From the human T2T-CHM13v2.0 reference genome, Homo sapiens, in assembly GCF_009914755.1 (NCBI RefSeq), contig NC_060930.1: a stretch of 64,000 bases of DNA; one strand, written 5' to 3'. The number at the start of each line of letters is the position of its first letter. Positions within the stretch are counted from its first letter, which is position 1. The notes beneath the pieces are model-generated. The model saw only the letters and a list, made by a program, of their open reading frames with translations, searched no databases and had not been told where the DNA came from. The position numbers were made by a program, and so were the translations under genes. Shown here piece by piece: positions 45,555 to 60,690 of the stretch.

Positions 45555-45848
45555 CTGCACATTTTGTTCTGGTGATTAGTGGAGGTCCTGGGAGCCCCGT
45601 TCCACCTTCACCAGGTCTTGTAAGTAGAACTCGGATCTCATATTCGGTATCTGGATCTAAATGCCATAATTTGTAAGTTGGAGCATTGACTGCATGGGTT
45701 TCTGTCCAGGATCCTGATGTCATTCGGTACTCTACTTCTTTCAGGATGATAGGACCATCGCCAATGATCGAGTTGGCATTTAGTTGGATCAGCAAATATG
45801 TAGGCCCAACACCAAGAAGCTGAGGAGGAGCAATGGGTCTTGGCGGTT
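45555..45848 (-). CDS. PTPRK: PTPRK internal coding exon (first FN3 domain; probably exon 7), 294 bp, phase 1-1
   Basis: The - strand translates as (E)[97 protein letters not shown], which I recognise as the RPTP-kappa FN3 domain. Acceptor is ctctcctag|AA (AG at 45850-45849) and donor is GCAG|gtaaga (GT at 45554-45553). The exon number is from recall. Confidence 0.96.
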
Positions 45849-45880
45849 CTAGGAGAGATGAGTGTGCACTTCAATTAGTA
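45849..45880 (-). promoter_or_regulatory. PTPRK: 3' splice site of the PTPRK exon with near-consensus branch point TACTAAT
   Basis: The - strand reads cttACTAATtgaagtgcacactcatctctcctag. The branch motif is at 45880-45874, about 27 nt upstream of the exon, and the pyrimidine tract is short. Confidence 0.7.
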
Positions 45881-48800
45881 AGATTTAAAATAATACAAAG
45901 ATATATTAGTGTCTAATAAGGCCTAAATGCTTAATGGATCATTTATTAGAAATGCATAATAAATACTTGAAAGAAAACTAGAAGACGCATGATCTGACAA
46001 CTGTACTTTTAAAGAACATATAATTTTGCAAGTGCATATGACTATTTTAACATAATTTTCCTGTATTAAAAACACATTTTTTTTCAGGAGATCAACTTGT
46101 AAAGTCACAGTATACAAAGGAAATAAAAAGAAAATATTTAGATATGGATAGCTCTAATTAGCTACTAAGAGAGTAGAGTTGATCTTTGACAATTTATTTC
46201 ATTCACAAACTATGCCCAAGAGGTATTTTTCTTTTTGCTTTCCTTGTTACTTCTTCACAGTTTCTACAGATGAGTAAAGGAAGAAAGAATAACATAACCG
46301 AACTCAGAAAGTGATGCCAGGTGCTAACTTGTTTCTACAAATCTGCCTCACAGTGTGACAAATTTAAATTTACACCTAGGCACAATCACAAATCACTAAA
46401 CATCACTGGTCTTTGGGAGCAGCATAAGATAAGGCAATTCACCAACTATTAAACTCAAATATCAAAGGCACACTATAATTTAATTTTGGATATCTTAAGA
46501 TATTCTGCTTGAAAGAAACTTTGGAAAACATTATTTCAACATTTGTACTTACAGAAAAGTTGAATGATATATTAAGGCACTTTTTTTTTCTTTCATTAGA
46601 ACAATGTGACTGAAATGAGACACCGAACTTTATGAAGGACTCAACAGCTATAGCTCTGTTCATATGGTCTTTCCACAAGGGATAATAACTCATAAAGTTC
46701 TTTGAATTCCTGGAACACTTCTCACTTTTCTCAGGAAAGTCAAAAGACCTAAAGAAAGTGTTAATAAAGTAGTAATTGCTCAAAAATTAATTTAAAACTT
46801 TTTTTAAGAGTTGGAGCAAATCACATAAACTATTAAAACACAACCACAAAATGCTCCCTCAGTCCAACCCACTACAGGTACGGGGTGGACTGAAGAAGGT
46901 ACAAATAGAGGGAAGTCATGAGCACATAATCAATATCTTTCTAGTTGGATTTTTTGTTTCAATGGCAATGCATTGCATGAAAAATATACAATGCAAATAA
47001 GGCCTGTAGACAGGTTTTACCTTCTTATGCAGGTTTAAATGAAACAAGAATGTTCAGGTGCAGACCAGGATTTTCTTTTTAACCCTGATTGTATAAAAGT
47101 ATAGTTTCTAGCTTAAAAGCCTCTGAATTACAAATAACCTTAAAATTAGGAATAAGATTATCTGGTCTGTACAGCTACACAGGCTAAAGTAATTTTCAAG
47201 AAGATTCTTTCAAAATTCATATGATAAATATTAATTGAGTAGCTATTAATTGTTAGGCTGTCCTACACATTGGGTATCCATATAACATTGTAGGGGAGAC
47301 ATAGTAAAAAGAAATCAATGAATTCATTATTTTAAACTGAAATTTATATAGGAAACAAAAAGAAGACTGATAAATAATGAATGTAATATCAATATTTTTT
47401 GTCCAAAATCACTTGAAGGACATAAGTAACTCCTCACAAGTATTCATGGCTCATTATGGCAGTAACTTTTAAACTAATTATTTGTAGAACCACATGACCT
47501 TGGGATTCACTGGGCTCATGTTTAAAACAAAAACAAAACTAAGATCAAAGATGATAACATATGCTATATGAAGTGCAAACATTTATAATTTCTATAGAAA
47601 AGTGGTTAACATATGATTTACAAACTTTAACTACAACATCCATTCCTGATAGTTTGCAAATTGTTTCAACAATATGTAGTCAAAATTGCATAGTAAGTGA
47701 ACTCTTTCCAATTTCACGACTGAATTCAACGGAGAAGTTATTCACAAAAGAAAAAAGTTTGAATAAAATAAACACAGTTTAGAATTTTCACTTATCAACT
47801 ATGAAAGACAGAGCTAGACATTTCATACCATGAAATTTTACCAACTGCTCTAACAACTTTTGTACTCAGAGTTTTAAAAAGTTTTTGTAGAGAGGGAGAA
47901 AGTTGATATATTCTCAAACCCTAAACTAAAATGAAACTGAATCGAGAAGTGAACATAATAGAAAAAATGTAAATGTCTTCCGAGATTACCTAAATGCTGC
48001 ACATATTTTAAGAAGCAGTCTGTATTTTGTGAATAAACTGAGTTGCCTCATATGTGCAATATTTGTTTTCATTCCAGATGGCTCATATACTAACTAATTT
48101 AAGTTGGAAAGAATGCTAAATTCACATCTCGCTGGGGTGCTACCCCAGTGTAGGGATAGAATAAACAGTCACAATATGCCAAGTGAATTATATATAACAA
48201 ACCTTGGTTAATCATAAATTTATAGATATTCTGAAACCTGAACTTATGTGAGTATATCAAATGGTAAATCTCACCAATCAAAACTCTGCACACTCTTGCT
48301 ATGGAAAATAAGGAGAAAACCTAAGAGGAGAGCAAAAGATGAGAGAGGAAGGAAAGAAAAAATAGCCATACCGCAACATAAGAAACAAGTGAAAGAAAGA
48401 AGAGAAATAAGTGAAACAGTAAAGCACAACATTAATTCCAACATTTCTATCTTTAAGGAAGTGATATATAAAAGAAAACAAAAATTTGTAGTCTGGAAAC
48501 CTAATATGAAAAAAATGCTTACACATTAATAGCTGTGTAATCTTAAATATGTTATTTAACTTTTTCACATTATAATTTATTCATTCGTGCACTAGGCATT
48601 ATTTGAAGAATTTTTGAAGACTCAACTCCTACATACACCAACAAGCCCTGTGTGATGCTAGGTTGCTTTGTTCTGTTTTGCCATATAGCATATACATTTT
48701 AACACTGAAAATTAATATTCAACACTAGTGTTGTTTGTATATGAAGAAATAAGTTTGATGTAATCAGTCAAGACTTGGTCAGAAGGGTAGTAGTTCACTC

Positions 48801-49715
48801 TGGCCAGTTTTACATCTCACTTTCCATGGTCAGGCCAAAAATGGGGGCAGTCCAGCATCAAAGCAATTGCTCAAATTTGGAAATGTGGCAATGTTAAGAG
48901 AGGCTTAAAAGCATATGTATTGATTAACAGCATGATTTTAAGATGTAAAATCTAGCATTAATGAGGCTAATATACCACTACATATTAAATTTTTATGTTG
49001 GAGGTAAAAAGTAGCTTTATATTAGCATATGTATTTTGTTTTCAGGCCCTTGATAACAATGGGGCTTATTTATAAAATTTCTATTCATTTCAATAAATTA
49101 TGCATGAATTTTAATCAGTTCACAAATGAACAAGTAATCGTTCTGCAGCAATATTAATATTCTTCATAACAATACACAACCAGACCCAGAAGTGAGGTGC
49201 GAATAAATCCCAGTTGTACAGGAGGTATCAAATGAAGCATGCAATCCCCAAAATATAAGATAAACTTTGCCGATGTTACCAATTAACTTCCAATTAATGA
49301 CTTACATTCATTATTCTAGAACTGAACCTATTATAAAACCCGAATTATATATTCAAATTGTTTTATTTTTATTTCAAATAATTTTTAAAAGTGTCTTGAA
49401 ATCAAGCAAATCATTATGAAAAAATACTCCCATTCAGTTATTCCTATTATAATGTTATTTTACAAACACATGTGTCACTTAGCAAAATTCAGTTAACTAA
49501 TAAAATGCAGAATAAAAAATAGAAGCCATAAATCCAGGAAAAGTCAGCAACAAAGTAAATGTCAAGGCAAAAAATACTTCTACATTTAATTTCCCAATTA
49601 GATAAATTAAATACCTCTCAATCCTACCTCCTTCCTAAGGGTTTTATTTGTCAATGGGGCCTTGACATAAAGTATCGTAAGATTAGTCCTACCACTACAG
49701 AAGGAGGCAATGATA

Positions 49716-50178
49716 TTACATTATTCTCCTATGGCTGCTGCAACAAATTACTACAGACTTGGTGGCTTAAAACAACAGAGATTCTCTCCAAGTCCTGGAA
49801 GCCAGAAATCTGAAATCAGTACCACTCGGTCAAAATCAAGCTGTCAGAAGGCCGTACTTCCTATAAAGGCTCTAGGAGAAAATCAGTTGATTGAGTCTTC
49901 TAACTTCTGGTGGTGCTGGTATTCCTGTCCCTCCAAATTCCTTTCATTTGTTCACAATGCCTTCTCCTCTCCTGTCTGTAGTCAAATCTCCCTCTGCCTT
50001 CCATATGGATATGGATGCTTGTGATTGCAGTTAGGCCCCATATGTATAATCCAGCATCTTCTCACCATTTCAACATCCTTAACTTAATCACACCTGCAAA
50101 CATCATTTTTCCATATAAGGAACATTACAGGTTCCAAGGATTAGAATCTATTTGGGGGGCATTTTTCAGCCTACCACA
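49716..50178 (-). mobile_element. MLT1 (MaLR) LTR
   Basis: ggctgctgcaacaaattactacagacttggtggcttaaaacaacag...gggggcatttttcagcctaccaca. Confidence 0.85.
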
Positions 50179-50289
50179 GACATGGACTATGATCTCATCC
50201 TTCCTCCTGCCAGATATTTCAACTCCACTTTTTCTCCAGTTGGTAGGAAGCTTGTGAGCAGAAAACACTTCACCTACAAAAGTTTCTGA

Positions 50290-50662
<373 letters not shown>

Positions 50663-51556
50663 CATATTTTTCTTTTTACTATTTTTTGTAAAAGGGAAAA
50701 ACAGAGATGATGAAAATCATGTTTTACAGGAGTCCACTGCTCTATTAACACATTCAACACTAGAATGTTTGCCCTGCAGATGGAATTTTTTTTATTTGTC
50801 ACCATTTCTTTACTTAAATGAAAGAATCACTTTGAAGTCAGTTTTACTCTGTTTCTTTATAATTTCCCTCACTAAAATTTTTATCCAGTTCTGGTTCCTG
50901 TTAGACAACAAATTCACAGTGTTTCTCATTGTTTAATTTTCTTCCCCATCACCTACTAGAAGTGCAAGTAAATGGACATGAGGGAGGCTAAGAGGAAGAA
51001 GAAAGACATCATTGGACCATCTAATTCAGGCATTTATCAGCTACCCCTACAATAATTTTAAATGATTTTAAATTATGTCAACAAGTTGGTAACATAATTT
51101 AATAAATTCTTGAGCATTTCAAGAAACTTAATATTACTGATGAATAGAAAGATGACCTTTGCTCCCATAACAAACAGAAAGCAGGTTATTCATATTTAGA
51201 AGCAATTTATTTGGACATTTAATATCATATGTATAACAACACAATTTAACTTTTCCTTAGATGTTAAAATAAGAAGTATACATTTGAAAATTTTAGATTT
51301 AATAAGGTTTCTCCTACACTGCCAGTTTAAAAACTGCAACCCAGATATATTTATGAGAATTCTTTCATGATTTCACACTGTTATTTTTCTGATACTTCAA
51401 ATTTTCAGTTCTCACAAGTTCCTTGGGAAGCCAAACAACTCATCATAAATTTAGCTCATATTTTAGCTCACAATGCAGTCAGCAAATTCTATAAATTTTT
51501 TAATCTAAATTACTATTAAGTTTTATTTACTTTGTACACTGATAGAATTGAGTTAA

Positions 51557-52022
<466 letters not shown>

Positions 52023-52414
52023 TGAGGCCCCTATGCCAGTACCTATGTAGGTATCAATCAGAAGGAGCTACCACTATCTACTACCATCTCTATGAAAATT
52101 CGATTGGTGTCTGCATATAGCTATGATGAACTAAAGAAAGAGTGTGTACTGTGCCCCCATGCCTATGCTTACAATATTTCACACACGAGTAACTTCTGAG
52201 AACCATGAAATAAGCACACATGATTTCACAGTGGTAAGTAGGTAGAAAACTTTAGATAAAAGGGGAAAAAAGAATTACAAATAATAAAGTATCTATTTAA
52301 TGGGATATTATATATGTTTGTTTATACTATATTTTTATTACTGTTAATTATATTCAGCTAAACAGAGTTTCTTCATTCTCTCCCAGTGGCTCCCTACTGG
52401 GGGCAATTATTCAA

Positions 52415-52858
52415 AAGCCAGGCACAGAAAGACAAATACTGCGTGATCTCACTTATATGTGAAATCTAAAAAGCTTGAACTCATAGAAGCAGAGAGTAGA
52501 ATGGTGGTTACCAGGAGCACCGGGGCAGGGCAGGGGCAGGGCGGGGAGTTTGTAGGGAAATGGAGAGATGTTCAAAGTGTACAGAATTTGTTCAGATGAA
52601 TAAGTTTTGGAGGTCTACTATAACTATAATATAGGTAAGTATAATTAATAATAATTTATTATATATTTCAACATTTCTATGAGAGTAGATATTAAATATT
52701 CTCACCACAAATAAATGGTGAGATGATAAATATATGGTAATTAGCTTGATAATTATTTCAAATTGTATACATATACCAAAAGACCACATTGTACAACTTA
52801 AATATATTCAATTTTATTTGTTAATCATAACTTAATAAATCTGAAGCGAAAAAAAAAA
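52415..52858 (+). mobile_element. L1MA 3' end
   Basis: agccaggcacagaaagacaaatactgcgtgatctcacttatatgtg...gagagtagaatggtggttaccagg; G-rich tract at 52521-52548; A-rich tail. Confidence 0.88.
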
Positions 52859-53661
52859 TCTCTAGTCCAAAACAATAATAGGTTCCTCTAGAACAGCTCA
52901 ACAATGTAGAAAATAATTTTAACAATGCTGAAAATAATAAATTTACCACGTATCCCTACCTAAAACTATATCACTTATATTTCCATTTTTCAAAAGGGCA
53001 ATGGAGCAGAATTTTGAGGAGGAGAGTGCAAGCTCTGTGGCTGTGGCAGTGATCATTTATTCACACTGGCTTGACTGTGGCCAGGGAAACACAGGGAAAT
53101 GGGCATGTGACTACACGAATTGCTCACAGGCAAGTGAACTGATAACAGTATTTTTGGAAAATAATTTATGTATCAAGAAATAGATATGTGTAAAGTAATA
53201 ACACTTTGGGAAATTTATCATAAGGAGATACTTTCAGTCTTTGCTTAAAAGTAAAGTAAAAACTTGATCAAAATAATCAGTGATGGGAAAATGGGAGGTA
53301 AATCATGGTGTAACTTCTCAACAGAACACAAGTTATAAAGATTATTAGTTTTCACTTTCAAAAGTAAAAAGCATACCCCTGAAAAAACAAAATCAGCAAC
53401 CACCAAAAGCAAAAGAAAACATACCAAAAAGTTAATAGCAGTGACCAGGGAACTCCAGGACCATGAGTGACTTAGCTTTTTCTTTTATCCTTGTTTTTCA
53501 ATACAATTTGTTAGGTGCCCACAAAACATTCTCATCATTACATTCCCAGTGTTTCTTTTAGCGCCTGACAAAGTTCAATACTATTATTATAGAATGAATG
53601 ACTGCCTTAACAATGCCCCAAAGAAAAAAAGTTACCCATGCCACCGTAAGAAAAACTTATC

Positions 53662-53948
53662 AGCTGGGAGCAGTGGCTCATGCCTGTAATCCTAGCATTT
53701 TAGGAGGCTGAGGAAGGCAAATCGCTCGAGCCCAGGAGTTTGAGACCAGCCTGCGCAACATGGTGAAACCCCATCTCCACAAAAAATACAGAAATTAGCC
53801 AGGTGTGGTGGCAGCTGTGGTCCCAGCTACTCGGGAGGCTGAGATGGGAAGATCACCTGAGCCTGGGAAAGTTGAAGCTGTAGTGAACCAGGATCACGCT
53901 ACTGCACTCCAGTGTGGGCAACAGAATGAGACCCTATATCAGAAAAAG
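53662..53948 (+). mobile_element. AluJ
   Basis: gcagtggctcatgcctgtaatcctagc...gagcccaggagtttgagacc...gagaccctatatc. Confidence 0.9.
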
Positions 53949-54087
53949 GGAAGGGAAGGGAAGGGGAGGGGAGGGGAGGGCATGGAGGAAGCGGGGAGGG
54001 GAGGAGAGGGAGGAAGGGAGGAAGGGAGGAAGAGAAGAAGGGAGAAAGGGAGAGGGGGAAGGAGGGAAGGAGGGAAGGAAGGAAGGA
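53948..54087. repeat. GA-rich (GGAA/GGGA) polypurine tract in the AluJ tail
   Basis: About 140 bp almost entirely purine on the + strand. Confidence 0.9.
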
Positions 54088-54404
54088 AAAAACTACGTAA
54101 ATTCTACCTAGTCCACATTTTAAAATGTACACTTCAATGTAAGAATCGACACTTGGAGAACACAATACCCAAACTTTATTTATTTACTTATTTAATTTTC
54201 AGGTGTTAACATTAAGCCCTTAAAAAGTAAGATGTAACATCTCACACTCTGAACGATGTAGCAAGCCAAATGCCCTGACACTGATACATAGCACCTACAA
54301 ATTGTTACTCTTTAATTAAAAGAGTTAGTTGACTGGAACAAAAGAACACATTCTAAGCAACTGCTTAGTGACCAAGTGGAATCAAATGATTTATCCAGCT
54401 TGTG

Positions 54405-54429
54405 AAAAAAAAAAAAAAAAAAAAAAAAA
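54405..54429. repeat. A25 homopolymer not attached to a recognisable retroelement
   Basis: 25 consecutive A residues. Confidence 0.9.
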
Positions 54430-54597
54430 GGCACAGCTACAATTCTAGCATTAATTTTTTTTGTCTTTTCTACAAATCACATCAATTAAAATGTTTTAAG
54501 TATTTTCCATGTGAAGAAAACACACCGATTTATATATTTTAAAACTAATTCGAATACACAAGATCAATAAGAAATTGTATATAATTGTACTAATACT

Positions 54598-54620
54598 TGT
54601 GTGTGTGTGTGTGTGTGTGT
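54598..54620. repeat. (TG)11 microsatellite
   Basis: Pure TG run. Confidence 0.95.
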
Positions 54621-55100
54621 CCCTTGAACAAAAATTTAATTCAGGGTAGGAGAAAATTCTGATGCTAAATATGCTGCTCTTCATATTCAACAATGATTTT
54701 GTCTCTCAAGTCCCCATGTGATATGTATTCAGTTTTTGAAGTGCAAGATCTGTAGAATTACAGTATTTAATGTCTATGACATGGCTCTTTCCTGCTGCCT
54801 AAAGTGCTGAAATAAGAAGAATCATTTCAGCAATGAAACTGCAAATTTTGCATACTGAATTTTATATCCTATGCATTACCATGGCGTTTTATTCACCTTG
54901 ATTTGAAAACATTGCTGCAATAACTTTATTACCTGCTTGAAATAAAAAGGCACAGCTGCAGCATACTGTTTTAGATGTCAGCAGAAACTAAAACAAGGTT
55001 AGGTTCATATTTAGGGTGGATGAAAAGGTGATGGAATTTTAAAAAGTAAGTTTATGTGTCCTTTAGCTCATAATCAAACTATAGGGAAACTAAAAAGTAG

Positions 55101-55507
<407 letters not shown>

Positions 55508-58333
55508 AATTATAGCAATAATTTTAACAACTTTACAAAAGCCTCTCTCAGTACTACAGTCAACATGGTGGCAAACCATGTTATGATGAAAGTTATGAAT
55601 CCCTATGAATGACTCATAAGCTAATAAATACAGAAGATTTTTCTCATGGTCATTTAATACCTCATTTCAGCTTTGTCAGAGCTCAAACTGTTCATAGTAT
55701 TTCAAGAAAAGAACATCCAGTTGATTCCAGGAATAACAATCAAGTCAGCAATAAAACTAGGAAAGCCTTTAACTCTGTTCAGTTCACTGAAGTCTAGGGC
55801 CATAAACAGGTGATCACCTCACCACATCATCAGTCACCTTTAAGAGCTAGGAGACTTTTTAAAAAATATATGGTTGGAGAAAGGAAGGGAACTGTGTTTG
55901 TCAATGGCAATATATGTCCCAGTTACTTGTTGAATATGCCTAGATTATATAGCACTGGCTATTATTCCATTCTAGATTATAGGCAAAAGGACTTGGAGTA
56001 CAATAACACTATCCACATTCATTTCATATTAAGACACAATGGCTGAATCCAGTAAACAAGATATCAATTTTAAAAAAAACCTACTGCAAAATCTCTATAA
56101 TGAGAATATAATCTCTATTTATAGATGTGTGTGTGTAATATACATATATGCAGACACATACACATATGTAAATATATGTGATATGTATATATAGTTTAAA
56201 AAAATTATTAAAAATATCCTGAATCTTCCACATCTAGAATATAAATACATTTGTAAAATGTCATCAGCCTAAATTCCAAATTTTAAGAAATTTGAAACCT
56301 ATGTAATTAGAAGATTTTTGTGACACTTAGTTGTAACGAAACCTAATCTAAGTTTGCCAACTTACTCCCCAGGTCTAAACACTCCATTGTGATGAGTCTT
56401 TGTAACATACAACGTACAAGCATATTATAAATACATACTTTGTAATCATTTCAAGTCAATACCAAATAACGAAGTCAATATTAAGCACATGAAACCAACA
56501 ACTGATGACCATTTTAAAATGTAATGACTCAGACCTGCAATAAATCAGGAGACACTACTTGCATCCTCCACTCAATGACCCTGGTTTCCAGTCAGGTAAA
56601 ATGCAAAACTTTATTTACCCTAAGTTAATCAGGGGAATTATTATCTACCTATTATTTCTACATGTCTATGTAGGGTACAGAGTCACGATGACTTGTCCAG
56701 GCATATCCCTGTATGTACAACTAATATATTTACTTTTTTACGAAAAAGGAATTGTGATGACATAGTAAAACTAATGGAACAAGACCTCAGTCATATATAA
56801 AATTCCACTAGATAACAGGATTCATGTATGTACTACTAACTCCAAAGCAGTCATAGTTATAAGCCTCTCTTTGGATCAAAAAAACATAAATCTTCAGAGA
56901 CTTATTTAAAGATCTTCATAGCAAAGAAAATTTGTCATTAGCTTATATAGATCCAACTAAGTTTTATAACGTAAAAATTCTCAATATATATTTATTCAGG
57001 GACATCAAATGATATTAATTAGCAATTGTCCAAAATAGCCTCAATTTTGGAATTAAACAAAAAACAATCATGTGTCTTATTGGATTAAGAGATACAGAAC
57101 TTTTAAGGAGAAATGAGTTCACTACATGGAGTCACTGACTTTAGGTAAGCTATCCTGATGGCAATGATATAAAAAAGTCAGGTAGACATGACCTGGGAAC
57201 CAGAGGACAGGTTATTACGTACTTCTAATAAGTCTTTCAACTAAGAAAGGCAGGTTTTCATGGGCAATTGGAGAATATGTAGGCTTAATGATGGGGGAAG
57301 AAAAAAGAGAATGCATTAAAGCAGATCTATCAATATGGTTACTATAAGGACTTCTGAAAAAATATTTTAATCATCTAATTCTATTACCATTCCTTTAGGG
57401 GCCAAAATACCTGTCCTCAATAATCAAAGTGCTATCAAAATCACCACACCTAGTTTTATAAATAGATGGAAGCTGAAGGTTGGCAATAATTATAGACCCA
57501 TCTGATAAAATAACAAGTTAATAATATTTTTAAGATGCTTAACCATGTAAAAATAGTTACCTGTTCAAAGACATTTTATACCAGTGTGACAGCCAAGCCA
57601 GCAAAAGACCTTTTATTTCAACTCCCCTTGAACACACTCACTTTCACACCTTAATGGGGCATCTGACATTCATAGTATCAAAATAAGTCATATCATCCAA
57701 AATATGAAATACTGGAAGGGAGTCCTAGTTCTATAATCCAACATGCACAGCAAGAGAAATTTCCAGGCTAGTAAAATAGTTTCTAGAGCACAAGTAATGC
57801 AATTACACAGCTAAGGAGTTGGGTTCTTCTTTCACAGCTACTGTTCCTAAGTAACAAGAGAGCTTCCTAGTCTACTTTGATAAATACCATGCCTTTAAAA
57901 AATAAGGACATAAAATGGCTACCAATCCAGACTATTCATATACTCTTTTCTGTAAATTTCAAATTCCCTATCCTTTTCCACGCTCAGCCAGGTCAGCTGA
58001 AAATTTGCTGGAGAAAAGAACCATAAGACATAAAATGGCACTAATATTTTCATAGATATTGAAGATTCCTGAAAATATTACCTCAATCAGTGGATGTAAG
58101 ACGAATAAAGAATTGAGAAAGGAAGGCTACTATTTTAAACATTATAGAAAAAAGAAGAAGGTACCATGTTTCTTTGGTATGAAATTTTGTAAAATGATGC
58201 ACTAATATAAGTTGATAGCTGAGAGATCTCCATATTGTAACTGAAGGGTATCAATTCCTGCTCCAGCGCCATACAATTACATTTTTTAATCTCTTTTGTT
58301 TTTTTCTTTTTTTTTTTTTTTGGCTTAAAAAAT

Positions 58334-58460
58334 TTACTTTAAGTTCAGGATACATGTGCAGAACATGCAGGTTTGTTACATAGGTATACATGTGCCACGG
58401 TGGTTTGCTGCACCTATCAACCTGTCATCTGGGTTTTAAGCCCCTCATGCATTAGCTATC
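58334..58460 (-). mobile_element. Short L1PA (older primate) 3' end
   Basis: actttaagttcaggatacatgtgcagaacatgcaggtttgttacataggtatacatgtgcc. Confidence 0.88.
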
Positions 58461-58921
58461 TTTAAATGTCTATGTCCAGGTTTTAAATTAAAAGTCTGAC
58501 ATTGAACAAATGTCAAGATACTAAACTTGGAAATTAATCAGAGAAGTATACTAGATGTATCATTACTATACAGCATAATAATTTGCTTAAACTATAAAGG
58601 CACTAATTTGTACCTGGATATTTTGAAATCTACTTTCAAAATTTATTTTAATATATAAATGCAAATTATGTTAAACAGAGATATAAATGTACTCATTGTA
58701 TATTTTCTTCTTTATAAAACCAATGTCAATTATGTGAGGAAAAAGAGATCAATGGTTAAGACTGTGCTCTCTAAACCAAGGTGTCCCCTAGGTGATATTC
58801 AAATTACACTCAGAATGGCTGGGGAGGGGGGACAATCAAACTATACTAGATAGATTTTTGTGACTATTACGGTAGACAACAAAAAGAACATGAAATAAAG
58901 GCACAAAATAACATTAGTCAC

Positions 58922-59331
58922 TGCAATGGTCTGAAAATGCGCTACAAATTCTCTGATAGCACTCGCATTGAGAGGCTGGATCCCCTTCAATCCAGAGAGA
59001 CCTCATGCCTGCCTCAACAAGTATAGTGCAGAGAAAGTGATGTAATGAGACCTAGAACACTTGTTCTAGGTGCCACCATTTCCAATTTTCAATTAGCCAG
59101 TGGCATTATCCCAATTCAAGTGCCAGACTTGTGCCAGATGATTCTAGCCTCCAGGAGTTTAAATCACCTTTAGCTGTTCAATTTGAGACTCTCAGCTCGG
59201 GACCCAAATATCATACTGGAGTGATCTATACATATCACCCAAATTTATAGCCCACAGAAGCTGTGAACACTATAAAATGGTTATTGTTTTATGCCACTAA
59301 GTTTTATGATGCAGCAGGTGATAAATAGAAC
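58922..59331 (+). mobile_element. MLT1 (G/H-like) LTR
   Basis: ctacaaattctctgatagcactcgcattgagag...aaaatggttattgttttatgccactaagtttt...gcagcaggtgataaatagaac. Confidence 0.7.
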
Positions 59332-59533
59332 TCTATGTCTTATTAAGACAGCTGAAAGTAAACTTCTGAGAAAGATGCAAACTTCCTAAAATAAATGCAC
59401 TGCCCTTTCATGATCTGTCCCCTGCTCATCTGTCCAGCCTCATGTGTTATCACTCTTCAAGTCCAATTATATGTTCACATTTAACAACTTGTGTTTTCCA
59501 TGGGAAACTCTTCTCTTAAAATCATCCCACCTT

Positions 59534-59749
59534 GAGTTGAACAACGAGAACACATGGACACAGGGAGGGGAACATTATACACCATGGCCTGTTGTGGGGG
59601 TAGGGGGCTAGGGGAGGGATAGCATTAGGAGAATTACCTAATGTAGGTGATGGGTTGATGGGTGCAGCAAACCACCATGGCATGTGTATACCTATGTAAC
59701 AAAACTGCACATTCTGCACAAGTACCCCAGAACTTAAAGTATAATAATA
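59534..59749 (+). mobile_element. 5'-truncated L1PA (PA7/8-like) 3' end inserted in an L2
   Basis: gagttgaacaacgagaacacatggacacagggagggg...aacttaaagtataataat; TSD aaaatcat[c/t]ccacctt at 59518-59533 and 59750-59765. Flanks (about 59395-60050) are L2-like, ending aatatttgttgaatgaatg. Confidence 0.92.
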
Positions 59750-60074
59750 AAAATCATTCCACCTTTATCCTATACTTCCTAGAGTGTCTTTTTGCCATTT
59801 ATACACTTAGCAAAGTTATCTATCTTCAAATTTCAGTTCAGTTATTACTGCCTCTGAAAACCTTTCTCACTACACTCTCTTCAGCCTGAAATAAACGCAC
59901 TTTTTCTGGTAAGAGATTTACCTATATTTTTTGCCTCTCTCTTCACTTACTGACTTTCTTGAAGGCAAGGACTGTATATTGTTTGCCTTTGAATTACATT
60001 TATGTCTTCAGTGCAATCAATATTTGTTGAATGAATGCACTTATGAACAAATAAAAGTATTAACATAAGAAGAT

Positions 60075-60690
60075 AATTAGAAATGGAAAGCAAGATAATG
60101 TCAACTGTTGGTGAAGATGTGAAACTTTATGCTTGCAAGGTGGAGTATAAATTATATGAGAAATTAAGAAAATTTTTTGCCAGTACCTCCTTGAGCTGAA
60201 AATCAGCATACCCTATGACCTAGCAATTCCGCTTTCAGGTACGTGCTACCCCAAAATGATCCCATCTGTTCCTGAAAAGTCATATAGTAGTATATTCAAA
60301 TACTGCTATTGTAAATAGCTCAAGGTGAAAAAGAACCAAATGTCTATCATCAGAAAAATGAATAAATTGTGGCACAGTCACACAACAAGATTTCATAACA
60401 ATGATGTTCTATGATGCATAGCTACATGCAGCAATACAGATTTCACAAACTTAATGCTGAATGAGAGAAACCAGATAAGAGTATAAACTATTCATATGTA
60501 AGATGCCATATACCTGTTACTTATTAATGTTATAAACCAAGAACAGTGGTTACTCTGGGGGAAGAGGTTATTAACTAGAATGGAATGAGGTAGCACTTCT
60601 GGGGTGCTGGTAATATTCAACAAGCTATATATACATTTATCAAACTATATGTTTAATATACACTTTTCCATATGCCTACAATATATCAAG
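60075..60690 (+). mobile_element. Old L1ME-type 3' fragment
   Basis: tgttggtgaagatgtg...cataccctatgacctagcaattcc...aaatgtctatcatcag...gaataaattgtgg. Confidence 0.75.

Noticed and set aside
45470-45874. Alternative-frame and antisense ORFs overlapping the PTPRK exon
   Set aside because: Shadows of the real exon's higher GC content and codon structure.
53805-54209. G/R/E-rich and P/S-rich ORFs here and at 60604-60869 and 61873-62174
   Set aside because: Translations of Alu and polypurine simple repeats.
59050-59071. Perfect 10-bp-arm palindrome acctagaaca-ct-tgttctaggt
   Set aside because: Short, isolated and inside an MLT1 relic; no evidence of function.
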